From positions 44,675 to 108,674 of IMG/VR virus record IMGVR_UViG_3300031992_000040: a DNA stretch of 64,000 bases. One strand, written 5' to 3'. The translations under genes and the position numbers were made by a program. The stretch is from a virus (taxonomy: Duplodnaviria > Caudoviricetes). The notes below the pieces were generated by a model, which saw nothing but the letters and a program-made list of their open reading frames with translations, was not told where the DNA came from and searched no databases. Below, piece after piece: positions 9,774 through 20,523 of this stretch (position 1 is the stretch's first letter; every line of letters starts with the position of its first letter).

Positions 9774-11702
9774 GTGTGTATGTTAATACCAAAAGATAAA
9801 ATAAATGCCGCTAAGGCTAAATATGGTGAGAGAGCCATACAAGAAATAATGGAATATTTCGGTGAGGGTTCTTATATAAGTGGCAAGAAAGCTTATTCTT
9901 GCCCTTATCATATAGACAAGACTCCTTCATTTGTTTGGAACGAAAAAAATAGTTCAATGCATTGTTTTAGTTGTGGAAGAAACTTTGATATAATTGATTT
10001 ATATATAGCTCAAGGAATGACATATTTAAAAGCCATTGAAAAATTGTTTGATAATGTAGATGAGGAATTTACTTTTGGTAACACATATAGCTACAAAGAT
10101 GACAATTATAGATATCCTAAAAGAGAAAAAGAAGACAGAACTAATGTAGAAGAATATTTAGCGCTTAGAAAATTAAGTGCAAAAACATTAGATTATTTAG
10201 ATATTCAGAGCGATAAGAGCGGAAACATAGTATTTCATTTTTATGATGAGAACGATATTCTTAAAACTGTTAAATACAGAGTTGGACACGTTTTTAATAA
10301 AGATAAAGATAAAAATAAATGTTGGGCTCAAAAAAATGCAGATTTTGCACCAATTTTATTTAATATGAACAGAGTAGACCCATCGAAGCCACTTGTTATT
10401 AGTGAAGGGGAACTAGATTGCGCCTCTATTGTGGAAGCCGGTTATAGTAATGTTGTTTCTGTTCCTAATGGATGTAATAATGCGCAGTGGATAGAATATA
10501 ATTGGGATTGGCTTGAGCAGTTTGATAAAATTATTTTATGGTTTGATAGTGATGCTCCTGGTAAAAAAGCAAGAGATAATATAATGCATCGACTTGGAAC
10601 TTGGAGAACTTATTATGTTGAAATTATGGATAAAGACACCACAGAAAGCGGTAGACCAATAAAAGATGCTAATGAGATATTATATTATAAAGGAGCAAAT
10701 AGAGTTCTTGACTATATTGCAAAACCATTGGATGTTCCGATAGACAATGTATTAGATTTGGCTACTGCCGAAGAATTTGATATAGAAAAAACTGAGGGAC
10801 TTTATACTGGAATAAAAGATTTAGATGACAAAATTTATAAACTTGTTTTTGGAACTTTAAATATTATTACAGGGAAAAGTGGTTCAGGAAAAAGTGTTTT
10901 TGTTAATCAGGTTGCCATTTGCCAAGCTTTGAATCAAGGGTATGATGTCTTTGTATTTAGTGGAGAATTGCCGTCTCCAGTATTAAGAAATTGGGTTGAA
11001 GTTAATATGATTGGCCGAGACTATATTACGATGAAAGATAATCATATTAGAGTATTAGATTCCGAAAAAAGAAGGCTAATGCAAAATTGGTATAGTGGTC
11101 GAATACTTGTTTACAACAATGATGTTGATACTACTGCAAAAAGTATTTTAATAAAAATGGAAGAACTTGCTAGAAAATGTGGAACCAAAGTTTTTTTAAT
11201 AGACAATTTAATGATGGTTGATTTAGAATGTCAAGAAAATGAAAGGTTGCAAGCAGAAAAAAGATTTGTGAGCGAATTAATATTCTTTGCAAAAAAATTT
11301 AATGTTTTGGTATTTTTGGTTGCACATCCAAGAAAAACAATGGAAACAAGATTAACTAAAGAAGATATTGCCGGTAGTGGAAATATAGTTAATTTAGCCC
11401 ATATGGTTTTTAGTGTTCACAGATATACCGATAAAGAAAAAGAAGGAGAAATGAACCTCAGAGGTCAGTATGTTAAAGGCAAAGAACCAATAGAATATGA
11501 TACTTGCATTGAGGTATTAAAAAACCGTATTACGGGAGTTTTACCGATGACCAAATTGTATTTTGATTATAATTCATATAGATTTTATAGAACTCCTTCA
11601 GAATTATGGTTTAGATATGGTTGGAATAAAAGCACTGAACCTTTAAACACAAATGACCCAAATCCTCACGGAATATCGAGTGGGGGTGATAGTCCATTGT
11701 GA
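9774..11702 (+). CDS. Bifunctional primase-helicase (CHC2 Zn finger + TOPRIM + DnaB/Twinkle-like helicase)
   Basis: CPYH...CFSC; SEGELD and FDSDAPG TOPRIM motifs; GKSGSGKS, IDNL, VAHPRK, LKNR. Confidence 0.9.
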   Translation: MCMLIPKDKINAAKAKYGERAIQEIMEYFGEGSYISGKKAYSCPYHIDKTPSFVWNEKNSSMHCFSCGRNFDIIDLYIAQGMTYLKAIEKLFDNVDEEFTFGNTYSYKDDNYRYPKREKEDRTNVEEYLALRKLSAKTLDYLDIQSDKSGNIVFHFYDENDILKTVKYRVGHVFNKDKDKNKCWAQKNADFAPILFNMNRVDPSKPLVISEGELDCASIVEAGYSNVVSVPNGCNNAQWIEYNWDWLEQFDKIILWFDSDAPGKKARDNIMHRLGTWRTYYVEIMDKDTTESGRPIKDANEILYYKGANRVLDYIAKPLDVPIDNVLDLATAEEFDIEKTEGLYTGIKDLDDKIYKLVFGTLNIITGKSGSGKSVFVNQVAICQALNQGYDVFVFSGELPSPVLRNWVEVNMIGRDYITMKDNHIRVLDSEKRRLMQNWYSGRILVYNNDVDTTAKSILIKMEELARKCGTKVFLIDNLMMVDLECQENERLQAEKRFVSELIFFAKKFNVLVFLVAHPRKTMETRLTKEDIAGSGNIVNLAHMVFSVHRYTDKEKEGEMNLRGQYVKGKEPIEYDTCIEVLKNRITGVLPMTKLYFDYNSYRFYRTPSELWFRYGWNKSTEPLNTNDPNPHGISSGGDSPL

Positions 11703-12505
11703 TAGAAGAATTTAAAGAAAAATTAAAAGTTTTTGATAAATTTCATTTTGAAGAAGAACCCCATATTTATTGGTGGCTAGATGAAGACGGAAATAGATGC
11801 CAAGCAGAAACATCGATGACAGCTCTAATTGAGTCACACGCACATCCATTTGATAAACAAAAAATTGCTGGTATTGTAGCCAGAAGAGATGGAATACCAG
11901 TAGAAGATGTTTTAGCTGAATGGGAATATAGCAATGAGTTATCAAAAATAAAAGGAACTCATATACACGCTTTTAATGAATATTTATGGCAAGGAATGAA
12001 CTATAAATATCCAAAAGATGAAATTATCAAAAAATTTGGTTTTGATGTTTTAGAGCCATTATGGCCACGTCTTATAAGAATAGCACAGAAATTTTATGAA
12101 GACTATAAAGATAGAATTATTCCTATTGGTTTAGAACAAGTTGTTGGAGATGAAGAAATAGGGATTTGTGGAAGTATTGATTTTCTATGTTATTCCAAAA
12201 AATTAAAATCTCTAATAATAATTGATTATAAATCAAATAAGGAAATTAAATTTGAGCCATATAGAAATAATAAAATGACTGGTTGTTTATCTCATTTAGA
12301 TGACTGCAATTATATTCATTATAGTTTGCAGCTAAACGGATATCAATATATACTTCAAAAGAAAACCGGATTTAAATTAAATAACAGGCATTTCTTAATA
12401 TGGATGAATGAAAAAAATGATGACTATATAATATATCAAACCAAAGATTTATATAAAGAAGCAAAAGATATGCTTTTAGATTATAAAAGAAGAAAAGGGA
12501 AGTAA
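11699..12505 (+). CDS. PD-(D/E)XK exonuclease
   Basis: KGTHIH, ICGSIDFL, IIDYKSN, YSLQLNGY. Confidence 0.8.
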   Translation: MIEEFKEKLKVFDKFHFEEEPHIYWWLDEDGNRCQAETSMTALIESHAHPFDKQKIAGIVARRDGIPVEDVLAEWEYSNELSKIKGTHIHAFNEYLWQGMNYKYPKDEIIKKFGFDVLEPLWPRLIRIAQKFYEDYKDRIIPIGLEQVVGDEEIGICGSIDFLCYSKKLKSLIIIDYKSNKEIKFEPYRNNKMTGCLSHLDDCNYIHYSLQLNGYQYILQKKTGFKLNNRHFLIWMNEKNDDYIIYQTKDLYKEAKDMLLDYKRRKGK

Positions 12506-12507
12506 AA

Positions 12508-12717
12508 ATGTTTGAAAATACAATAGCTAAAAAAAGAATGGAAAAGAAAAATAATTTATTAAATGAAATAGAAAAAGCAAAAAAAGATGGCAATGATTGG
12601 AAATTGAGACAATTAGAAGGAAAACTTGCCGATTTTAATGCTAAAAAGTATCCGACTGTATTTTTGGATGCGACACAAAAGGGGACTTATAAAAAACCAA
12701 AGGAAGAAAAAGAATAA
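12508..12717 (+). CDS. Hypothetical protein
   Basis: Tightly packed in the operon with an RBS. Confidence 0.5.
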   Translation: MFENTIAKKRMEKKNNLLNEIEKAKKDGNDWKLRQLEGKLADFNAKKYPTVFLDATQKGTYKKPKEEKE

Positions 12718-12738
12718 AAGGATAAAAAGGAGAAAATT

Positions 12739-13299
12739 ATGAATATTGAAGAATTAAGTGGATATGGCATTTCTAAAGAAATTGCTAAAATCATAGAAGA
12801 AGGATTTTCATATGATGAAGAAACAGGAGAAGTATTTTTTACTACTGATGATTTAGAAGCGCTTCAGATGGCTCTTGATGATAAACTTGCACAATTAGAC
12901 GGTGTTTATTTATGTCATTTAGCAAAAATAGATGCTATGAAAAATAGAAAAAAAGAAGTTGAAAAATCAATTAAACAACTTGAGAACAAAGCTGAAAATT
13001 TAAAGAAATATATTGATTTCTTAATGAAAACTAATGGAAAAACCAGCTTTGAAAAAGACGATAAGAAAATATCATATAGAAAGAGTGTTTCTTCCAATAT
13101 TTATGATGAAAAGGCTTTAAGAGAATATATAAAATCCAAAGATGAATATGAAGAAAAATACTTTAAAATTTCAGACCCAGAGATTAACAAAAAAGCTCTG
13201 TCAGACGATGTTAAAGCTACAAAACAAGAGGATGGGTCATATGCTCTTAATATACCTGGTTTCGAGCTTATAACAAACGAAAACATACAAATAAAGTAG
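12739..13299 (+). CDS. Siphovirus Gp157 / Gam-like protein
   Basis: Coiled coil, ISYRKS, PEINKKAL, IPGFELI...IQIK ending. Confidence 0.7.
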   Translation: MNIEELSGYGISKEIAKIIEEGFSYDEETGEVFFTTDDLEALQMALDDKLAQLDGVYLCHLAKIDAMKNRKKEVEKSIKQLENKAENLKKYIDFLMKTNGKTSFEKDDKKISYRKSVSSNIYDEKALREYIKSKDEYEEKYFKISDPEINKKALSDDVKATKQEDGSYALNIPGFELITNENIQIK

Positions 13300-13306
13300 G
13301 TATAAT

Positions 13307-13519
13307 ATGCAAAATAAAATGGTTACGCTACAATTATCTTTGGAAGATGTAGATACAATATTAAATGCTTTAGATTTAAAAGCAAAATCAATAACTGCTT
13401 TTAAAGATTATATTTATGATGATGTGATGTCACAAATTAAAGATATTTCTGAAGAAGAAGAAAATGTCTTTATTGATAATGATAAAAAAAAGAAGAAGAA
13501 GGGAAAAGAAAAAAAATAA
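13307..13519 (+). CDS. Hypothetical protein
   Basis: Coupled to the next gene (TAATG). Confidence 0.5.
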   Translation: MQNKMVTLQLSLEDVDTILNALDLKAKSITAFKDYIYDDVMSQIKDISEEEENVFIDNDKKKKKKGKEKK

Positions 13520-13734
13520 TGGAAGATATAAAATTAATTTGTAAAGATTGTAAAAAAGAATTTGTATTTACTGTTGGGGAACAGAAATTTTATGAAGAAA
13601 AGGGCTTTGGTGCGCCAATAAGATGTAAAGAATGTAGAGACGCTAAAAAAGCAAGAAACGAAGCGAAAGAAACACCTAAAACAGACTTGGAGGATATGCT
13701 TAAAAAGTTTAGAGAAAACACTATTAAATTTTAA
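13519..13734 (+). CDS. Zinc-ribbon protein (CxxC-x17-CxxC type)
   Basis: CKDCKKEFVFTVGEQKFYEEKGF-PIRCKECR. Confidence 0.8.
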   Translation: MEDIKLICKDCKKEFVFTVGEQKFYEEKGFGAPIRCKECRDAKKARNEAKETPKTDLEDMLKKFRENTIKF

Positions 13735-13756
13735 AATGTAAAAAGGGAGAAAGAAA

Positions 13757-16700
13757 ATGAAGTATTATAACTATCATAAGCACGACCATAAAGGAAACCC
13801 GGTTTCTTTAGATGTTGTAGTTAAAATGGAAGATTATTGTAAAAGAGCTATTGAATTAGGGCACGATGCTGTATTTACGACTTGTCACGGACTTCAAGGA
13901 GATATATTTGAAGCAACAACATTGGTTCATCAATATAATTTAAAATTAATTGTTGGAGCCGAACTTTATTATGTTCCAGACCGAAAAGAAAAAGATAGGA
14001 CAAATAGGCATATTATTTTAATAGCATTAAATCACGATGGAATAAGAGAACTAAATTCTATCATATCAGAATCTTTTATTACAGGGTTCTATTATAAACC
14101 AAGAATAGACCACGAACTTTTATTTTCTTTAAATCCAAAAAACTTTGTAATAACTACTGCTTGTATAGCGGGATTGTGGGAAGATGAACCTTTAATTAAG
14201 GAATTGAAAGAACATTTTGGTTTTAATTTCTTTTTAGAGGTTCAAGACCATAATTCTGAAAAACAAAAAGAGGTTAATCGAACAGTTTTAAAATTTAGTC
14301 AAAAATATGATATAAAAATAATACACGCAAATGATAGTCATTATATTTATCCAGAAGATGCGGCTTATAGAAATTTATTTTTGAGAGCCAAAGAAATATT
14401 TTATCCTGAAGAAGATGATTTTATATTGGATTATCCAGATTCAGATGAAATATTAAAAAGATATGAAATACAGGGCATATTAAATAAAAACAAGGCTATG
14501 GAGGCGCTTGAAAATACATTAATATTTGAAGGTATAGATTGTAGTGATTATATAAATGATGACATTAAATTACCATCTGTATCAGAAAACCCAAATGAAG
14601 ATTTAAAACAAATTATTAATGAAGCCTGGAAAAGAGAAAAAGATAAAATTCCAAAAGAAAGAATCAAAGAATATTTAGAAGCAATAAGATATGAATTTGA
14701 CATTATTGAAAAAACTAATATGGCAAACTATTTCTTAATTGATTATAACATTGCAAAAATTGCAAAAGAAAAATATGGAGGAGTTTTAACTAATACGGGA
14801 AGAGGTTCTGCTCCATCGTTTTATATAATTAATTTGTTAAGATTGACAAACATTGATAGATTGCAATCACCAATAACATTATTCCCAACAAGATTTATGT
14901 CTGTGGAAAGAATATTGGGGGCTCGCAGCCTTCCTGATATAGATTTAAATACTGCGGATGCTGAACCATTTATTAAAGCTAGTAAAGATTTGTTGGGAGA
15001 GAATAATTGCGGTTGGATGCTTTCTTGGAAACCACTACAAGAATCTTCTGGATTCAGATTATATTGTAAAGCAATAGGTTTAGACATTTCTGAATATAAT
15101 GAAATAGCCAAAAATCTTGATAAATATAAAGACGACCCAGAATGGGCACCAAGAATAAAAGATAGTTCGGTATTTATTGGAGTAGTTGAAGGAATATCTG
15201 AATCTCCTTGTAGTATGCTTTTACATTCAAAAGATGTTAGAGAAGAAATAGGAATGATAAAAACTCCTAATGGCAAAATTTGCTGTATGCTAGATGGTTA
15301 TAATTGCGATAAATATAAATATTTAAAAAACGATTATTTAACCGTTACTGTTTGGGCTATTATTAGAGATGTTTGTAAATTGGCAAATATTGATATTCCA
15401 TCAATAGAAGAATTAAATAAGCTTTTGGATGAAAAAACTTTTGATATTTATAAGGAAGGGTTGACTTGTTCAATAAATCAAGCGGATTCCGATTATGCAA
15501 CTAATTTGGTTATGAGATATAAACCTCAATCCGTAGCAGAAATGTCTTCTTTTGTTGCAATAATCAGACCGGGCTGTGCGTCTCTACTTGAAGATTTTAT
15601 AGATAGAAAACCATATACTACTGGCGTTAAAGCACTTGATGATATTTTGGAGGACAGTGAACATCGACTTATTTATCAGGAATCCATAATGAAATATTTA
15701 ATATGGTTAGGTGTTTCTGAATCTCAATCTTATGACATTATCAAAAAGATAGCGAAGAAAAAGTTTAAAGAGCCAGAATTAAAAGAACTAAAGGAACAAC
15801 TTTTAGATGGTTGGAAAAAACAGGTTGGAGAAGAAAATGGCTTTGAGGAAACTTGGCAAGTAGTAGAAGATGCTGCAAAGTATTCTTTTAATGCGAGCCA
15901 TTCACTATCTTATGCTTATGATAGTTTATATGGGGCATATTTAAAATCACATTATCCATTAGAATATTATACTGTGGCGTTAAATTATTATAATGGTGAC
16001 ACTGATAGAACTGCAAAATTAACAAAAGAACTTTCATATTTTGGAATATCTGTTGAAAAACCTCAATTCAGATATTCTATTGATGAATATTTTATGAATA
16101 AAGAAACAAACAAAATATACAAAGGAACTCAGGCCGTTAAGTTTATTAATAGTCAATGTTCATTATATTTATATAGTTTAAAAGATAATAAATATGATTA
16201 TTTTGTTGATTTATTGCGAGAAATATCAGAGGCAAAAACAGAAGATAATAAAGCATATATAAATTCAAGACAAATGGAAATATTAATAAAATTACAATAT
16301 TTTGAAGAATTTGGAAAAAATTTAAAGCTTTATAATATTTATCAAAAATTCTTAAAATTATATGGTAGAAAAACCATACCAAAAGATACTATTGAAGAGT
16401 ATAGTATTCCAGAAGATGTTCTTCAAAGTGAACTCTTTACTCAAACAGAAAAGCAATATAAACTTTCTGATTCTATGGCCGTTCTTAGAATAATAGAAGA
16501 AAGAGAAGAAGATAAAAACTTTGATATAAAAGACCAAATAGATTTTGAAAGTGAAGTTTTAGGCTATATAGGCATGACTTATGATGTAGATAAAAGAATT
16601 TGTTATGTTTTAAATGTAGAAACTAAATTTTCACCAAAAATAACTTTATATTGCTTACAAAATGGGAAAAATGTTATTTGTAAAATAAACAAATCAATGT

Positions 16701-16852
16701 ATTCAGCTAACCCTGTAAAAAAAGGAGAAATAATTCAAGCCATCAATTTTGAACAAAGATTTAAACAGATAAAAACAGAGACTGGATGGCAAAAAACGGA
16801 TGAGAAGGAATGGTGGCTATCTCAATACAAGATACTAACTGAATTTAAGTAA
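13757..16852 (+). CDS. dnaE: DNA polymerase III alpha subunit (family C)
   Basis: PHP domain (HKH, NDSHY), GRGSA, PDIDLN, YSFNASHS. Confidence 0.92.
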   Translation: MKYYNYHKHDHKGNPVSLDVVVKMEDYCKRAIELGHDAVFTTCHGLQGDIFEATTLVHQYNLKLIVGAELYYVPDRKEKDRTNRHIILIALNHDGIRELNSIISESFITGFYYKPRIDHELLFSLNPKNFVITTACIAGLWEDEPLIKELKEHFGFNFFLEVQDHNSEKQKEVNRTVLKFSQKYDIKIIHANDSHYIYPEDAAYRNLFLRAKEIFYPEEDDFILDYPDSDEILKRYEIQGILNKNKAMEALENTLIFEGIDCSDYINDDIKLPSVSENPNEDLKQIINEAWKREKDKIPKERIKEYLEAIRYEFDIIEKTNMANYFLIDYNIAKIAKEKYGGVLTNTGRGSAPSFYIINLLRLTNIDRLQSPITLFPTRFMSVERILGARSLPDIDLNTADAEPFIKASKDLLGENNCGWMLSWKPLQESSGFRLYCKAIGLDISEYNEIAKNLDKYKDDPEWAPRIKDSSVFIGVVEGISESPCSMLLHSKDVREEIGMIKTPNGKICCMLDGYNCDKYKYLKNDYLTVTVWAIIRDVCKLANIDIPSIEELNKLLDEKTFDIYKEGLTCSINQADSDYATNLVMRYKPQSVAEMSSFVAIIRPGCASLLEDFIDRKPYTTGVKALDDILEDSEHRLIYQESIMKYLIWLGVSESQSYDIIKKIAKKKFKEPELKELKEQLLDGWKKQVGEENGFEETWQVVEDAAKYSFNASHSLSYAYDSLYGAYLKSHYPLEYYTVALNYYNGDTDRTAKLTKELSYFGISVEKPQFRYSIDEYFMNKETNKIYKGTQAVKFINSQCSLYLYSLKDNKYDYFVDLLREISEAKTEDNKAYINSRQMEILIKLQYFEEFGKNLKLYNIYQKFLKLYGRKTIPKDTIEEYSIPEDVLQSELFTQTEKQYKLSDSMAVLRIIEEREEDKNFDIKDQIDFESEVLGYIGMTYDVDKRICYVLNVETKFSPKITLYCLQNGKNVICKINKSMYSANPVKKGEIIQAINFEQRFKQIKTETGWQKTDEKEWWLSQYKILTEFK

Positions 16853-16867
16853 GAAAGGAAAAATAAG

Positions 16868-17452
16868 ATGTTTGAAAAATATAAAAGAGTATTCATATTT
16901 GATACTGAAACAAGTGGATTAAGTCCTCAATATGATGAAATTATAGAACTTGGCGGATTGTTGTTAACAAAACCAGAGGGGAGTAATAAATTTACTGATA
17001 AAAAAGAAGTTTCAGTATTAATAAAGAATAAAAATCCAATAACAAATAGCCACATACATCATATTACAGAACAAATGTGTCAGAAAGACGGCATTGAAAA
17101 GGCTGAATTATTTGAAATATTGAAAGATATTTTTGGAGAAAATAAAGATGACACATTAATTGTGGCTTATAATGCCCCATTTGATATTAGGTTCGTAAAT
17201 TATTTTTTAAAAAGTTTTGATAAAAACTACAAAATAAAAAATCCAATCTTAGATTTATTAATAGTTGCAAAAAATAGAACACATAGAATAAGGGGCAATA
17301 AACTTTGTAATATGATTGAATATTATGATGTTAAAAATGTTCAAAATTCCCATAGAGCCATAGACGATGTTTATGCTACTTTTGAAGTTATGAAGGCTAT
17401 GATATTGGAAAAGCCAGATTTAGAAAAATATATTTATTATGAAAGGGAATAG
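16868..17452 (+). CDS. DEDDh 3'-5' exonuclease (DnaQ/epsilon-like)
   Basis: FDTETSGL, AYNAPFD, HRAIDDV. Confidence 0.88.
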   Translation: MFEKYKRVFIFDTETSGLSPQYDEIIELGGLLLTKPEGSNKFTDKKEVSVLIKNKNPITNSHIHHITEQMCQKDGIEKAELFEILKDIFGENKDDTLIVAYNAPFDIRFVNYFLKSFDKNYKIKNPILDLLIVAKNRTHRIRGNKLCNMIEYYDVKNVQNSHRAIDDVYATFEVMKAMILEKPDLEKYIYYERE

Positions 17453-17453
17453 T

Positions 17454-18068
17454 ATGGAAGTAAAAACAAAAATAGTAAATTTTGATGTAAATTGGCAATT
17501 TATAAAAGAAGGTTGTATGGCAACAATAGGCAAACAAGCAGGTAAAGAGCCTGGAAAAGAATGGAAAAGAAAGCTCTTAATTTGCCAACATTCGCCTCTT
17601 AGAAGAGGAGTTATAAGTTGGAAATGGGAAGAAATACCATTTTATTCTATGGGGCATTTTGTTCGCCATCACGTTGGATGCACACCGTTTGTGTCGACAA
17701 GCAGAGAGGACAGAACAAATGTTCCAAGAAGCGAAAGGAAACAAACAGACCTTGTTTCTATGGAAATGGATGCGAACATCCAATCTTTAATAGATATGGC
17801 CGCAAGAAGACTTTGTTACTGTTCTGATGCAACAACTATAAAGTATATGGAAAGTTTAGTTGAAGCAATAAGAGAAAAAGACGAAGATATTGCTTGGAGA
17901 CTTGTCCCTCAATGTATAAATTATGGTTCTTGTATTGAGAAATTTGGTGGTTGTAAATTTTATGAAAACTTTTCGAAGAATTTAACCCCAGAAGAACAAA
18001 CAGATATAGAAAAAAGAATAGATAAATATAATGAATATAGAGCAAAAAGATTAAAAAAGGAGTTATAA
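17454..18068 (+). CDS. thyX: Flavin-dependent thymidylate synthase, divergent
   Basis: HSPL, HFVRHH-x7-TSREDR variant of the ThyX motif, RRLC; start moved to the ATG after RBS GAAAGGGA. Confidence 0.7.
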   Translation: MEVKTKIVNFDVNWQFIKEGCMATIGKQAGKEPGKEWKRKLLICQHSPLRRGVISWKWEEIPFYSMGHFVRHHVGCTPFVSTSREDRTNVPRSERKQTDLVSMEMDANIQSLIDMAARRLCYCSDATTIKYMESLVEAIREKDEDIAWRLVPQCINYGSCIEKFGGCKFYENFSKNLTPEEQTDIEKRIDKYNEYRAKRLKKEL

Positions 18069-18349
18069 TGATAACAATAAATGATAGATATGCCATTGAT
18101 TTTGATGCCTATAATTTTATTTTAAAAGAAAAACGTGTTAGAGGTGAAAAATCAAAAGACTCTGGAGGAATTTATTATAAAGATATTGGATTTTATGGAA
18201 ATTTTGAAGGAGCTATTAAGTGGATTATAAATCAAGGCATAAAAGAATCTGGAGCTACAAATTTTGATTCTTTGTTGGAATATTTAGAAAATATGAAAAA
18301 TGAACTTGTGGCATCAATAGAAAAATTAAATACAGATACGAGTTCTTAA
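18068..18349 (+). CDS. Hypothetical protein
   Basis: Coupled to thyX (TAATG). Confidence 0.55.
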   Translation: MITINDRYAIDFDAYNFILKEKRVRGEKSKDSGGIYYKDIGFYGNFEGAIKWIINQGIKESGATNFDSLLEYLENMKNELVASIEKLNTDTSS

Positions 18350-18409
18350 AGAAAGGAAAACAATTTAAGCTTTTGAAAAGAAGGTGCAGATTTTTTTAGG
18401 AGGCTAATT

Positions 18410-18808
18410 GTGAAAGAGATAACAAAATTAATGATAAGAGAATTTAAGATTAAACAACTTGGATATGACTTTATGGGATATCGTTTACAAAAAGGCGATA
18501 TTTATACTGCACACCATTTGATTTTACCAGCAAGATTCGGAGGAAAATTAACAAGGGATAATACTGCTATATTATGTGGGCAAACTTCACATCCATATCT
18601 TCATTTAGTAGAGTGCAAAGATTATGATATGTTTTGTTACATTACTTCAGAAATGATAGATATGAATGTTTTGGGAAGATTAGATGTTAAAAATTTACGA
18701 AATATTGATGCAGTATTAACTCAATTTGAAAAAGAACATTATGACGATAGAGGCAAAAAAGGAAAGAGGCTAATAAAAGAGGAGTATTTAAGAAGACCAA
18801 AATATTAG
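18410..18808 (+). CDS. HNH-like nuclease-domain protein
   Basis: TAHHLILP..GG...NTAILC...HPYLH pattern. Confidence 0.5.
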   Translation: MKEITKLMIREFKIKQLGYDFMGYRLQKGDIYTAHHLILPARFGGKLTRDNTAILCGQTSHPYLHLVECKDYDMFCYITSEMIDMNVLGRLDVKNLRNIDAVLTQFEKEHYDDRGKKGKRLIKEEYLRRPKY

Positions 18809-18816
18809 GAGGAAAT

Positions 18817-19620
18817 ATGAAAAAAAGAATTTTCTTTTGTAGCGACATACACGGCAATTTCGATGCCCTGATTGAAGGGCTCGAAAAAGCCGGATATAAA
18901 GAAGATGACAAAAATAATTTACTTGTTGTTTTGGGAGACCTTTTTGATAGAGGAACAGATTCCTTGAGAGTTTATCAATATTTAAAAAGGTTATCAGATG
19001 AAAATAAAGCCATTATTACTATGGGAAATCATGAGGGATTTTTAATAAGATATTTAGATGGAACATCAATTTCTCCATTTAATTATTTAAGAAATGGAAC
19101 AGATGAAACATTGGCTGATTTTTTGGGAAGAACAAAACCTTTTGAAAGTTGGTGTTTTATCGATAAAGAATTAGAATATCCTACAGACGAAAGTTTTGCT
19201 GAATGGATTTCTATTGCCAAAGATGATATAAACAAAGAATATCCAGAATTATTATCTTGGTTAAAATCATTACCTAGATATTTTGAAAGTAAAAACTATA
19301 TTGGTGTTCACGGAGCAATAGACACAAGGGCAGAAGATTGGCACAACCCTCATTGTATATTGTCGGGCTATGTCGATTGGGATGCTCTTGACTTTGATGA
19401 TGGAACATTTTTTGGTAAAAATATCAATAACACAGATAAAACTGTAGTAATTGGACACTTTGGAACCAGACATCTAAGAGAAATATATGGAATCTCAGAT
19501 GGAAAAGAAGATAATGATATATTGATTAGAGAGGATGGTAGAATTGTTGCTTTGGATGCAACAACAATATTAACTAACAAGATTAATGTTTTTGTTGTCG
19601 AAGACGAATTATTAGAATAA
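18817..19620 (+). CDS. Calcineurin-like metallophosphoesterase
   Basis: DIHG, GDLFDRG, GNHE, VHG and IGH motifs. Confidence 0.85.
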   Translation: MKKRIFFCSDIHGNFDALIEGLEKAGYKEDDKNNLLVVLGDLFDRGTDSLRVYQYLKRLSDENKAIITMGNHEGFLIRYLDGTSISPFNYLRNGTDETLADFLGRTKPFESWCFIDKELEYPTDESFAEWISIAKDDINKEYPELLSWLKSLPRYFESKNYIGVHGAIDTRAEDWHNPHCILSGYVDWDALDFDDGTFFGKNINNTDKTVVIGHFGTRHLREIYGISDGKEDNDILIREDGRIVALDATTILTNKINVFVVEDELLE

Positions 19621-19636
19621 AGGAGGGGAATTTTAA

Positions 19637-20523
19637 GTGGAAAAGGTTATTAAAAGAGACGGAAGAACAGAATTATTTGATAAAGAAAAGATAGTTAGAG
19701 CCGTAGAACTATCGTTTCAAGATATAGAGGGCGAAATATCTGAAAAGGCTCATCTTAAAGCTAGAGAAATTGCTAATTTTGTTAGCAATATAGAAGAAGA
19801 TTTGTCGGTTGAACAAATCCAAGATATTGTAGAAGAAAAATTAATGGCTAGTAATTATAAAAATATAGCCAGAAATTTTATAACCTACAGATATGAAAGA
19901 ACAAAAGTAAGAGAAAGAAACTCCCAATTTATGAAGGATGTTTCAGAAAAACTTGCGGCTTCTAATGTTCAAAATCAAAATGCAAATGTCGATGAATATT
20001 CTTTTGGTGGAAGAATGGGAGAAGCAAAAAATTCCCTTATGAAAAAAATTGCTCTTGATTATATAGTATCTGATATGTCAAGAGAAAATCATTTAAATAA
20101 TGAAATTTATATACACGATTTGGATAGTTATGCGGTTGGTATGCATAATTGTTTAACAATACCATTTGACAAATTATTGAAAGAGGGGTTTAATACAAGA
20201 CAAACAGATGTAAGACCAGCACGTTCAATTAATACTGCATTTCAATTAGTTGCAGTATTATTCCAATTACAATCACTTCAACAATTCGGAGGAGTAAGTG
20301 CTAGTCATTTAGACTGGACAATGGTTCCTTATGTTAGAATATCATTCAGGAAACATTTTAATGAAGGAATGGAATTTATTGAAGAAAGTGATTTAAGACA
20401 AGAATCAGATGAACTATCTATAGAAGATGATTTTTATAAACAATATCCTAAAGTTTATAAATATGCTATGATAAAAACAGAAAAAGAATTGATGCAAGCA
20501 GTTCAAGGAATGTATCATAACCT
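19637..20523 (+). CDS. nrdD: Anaerobic ribonucleotide reductase, exon 1 (with ATP-cone)
   Basis: VIKRDG ATP-cone, NANVD, IYIHDLD, HNC, QFGG; ends CAT AAC CT at the predicted splice site. Confidence 0.88.
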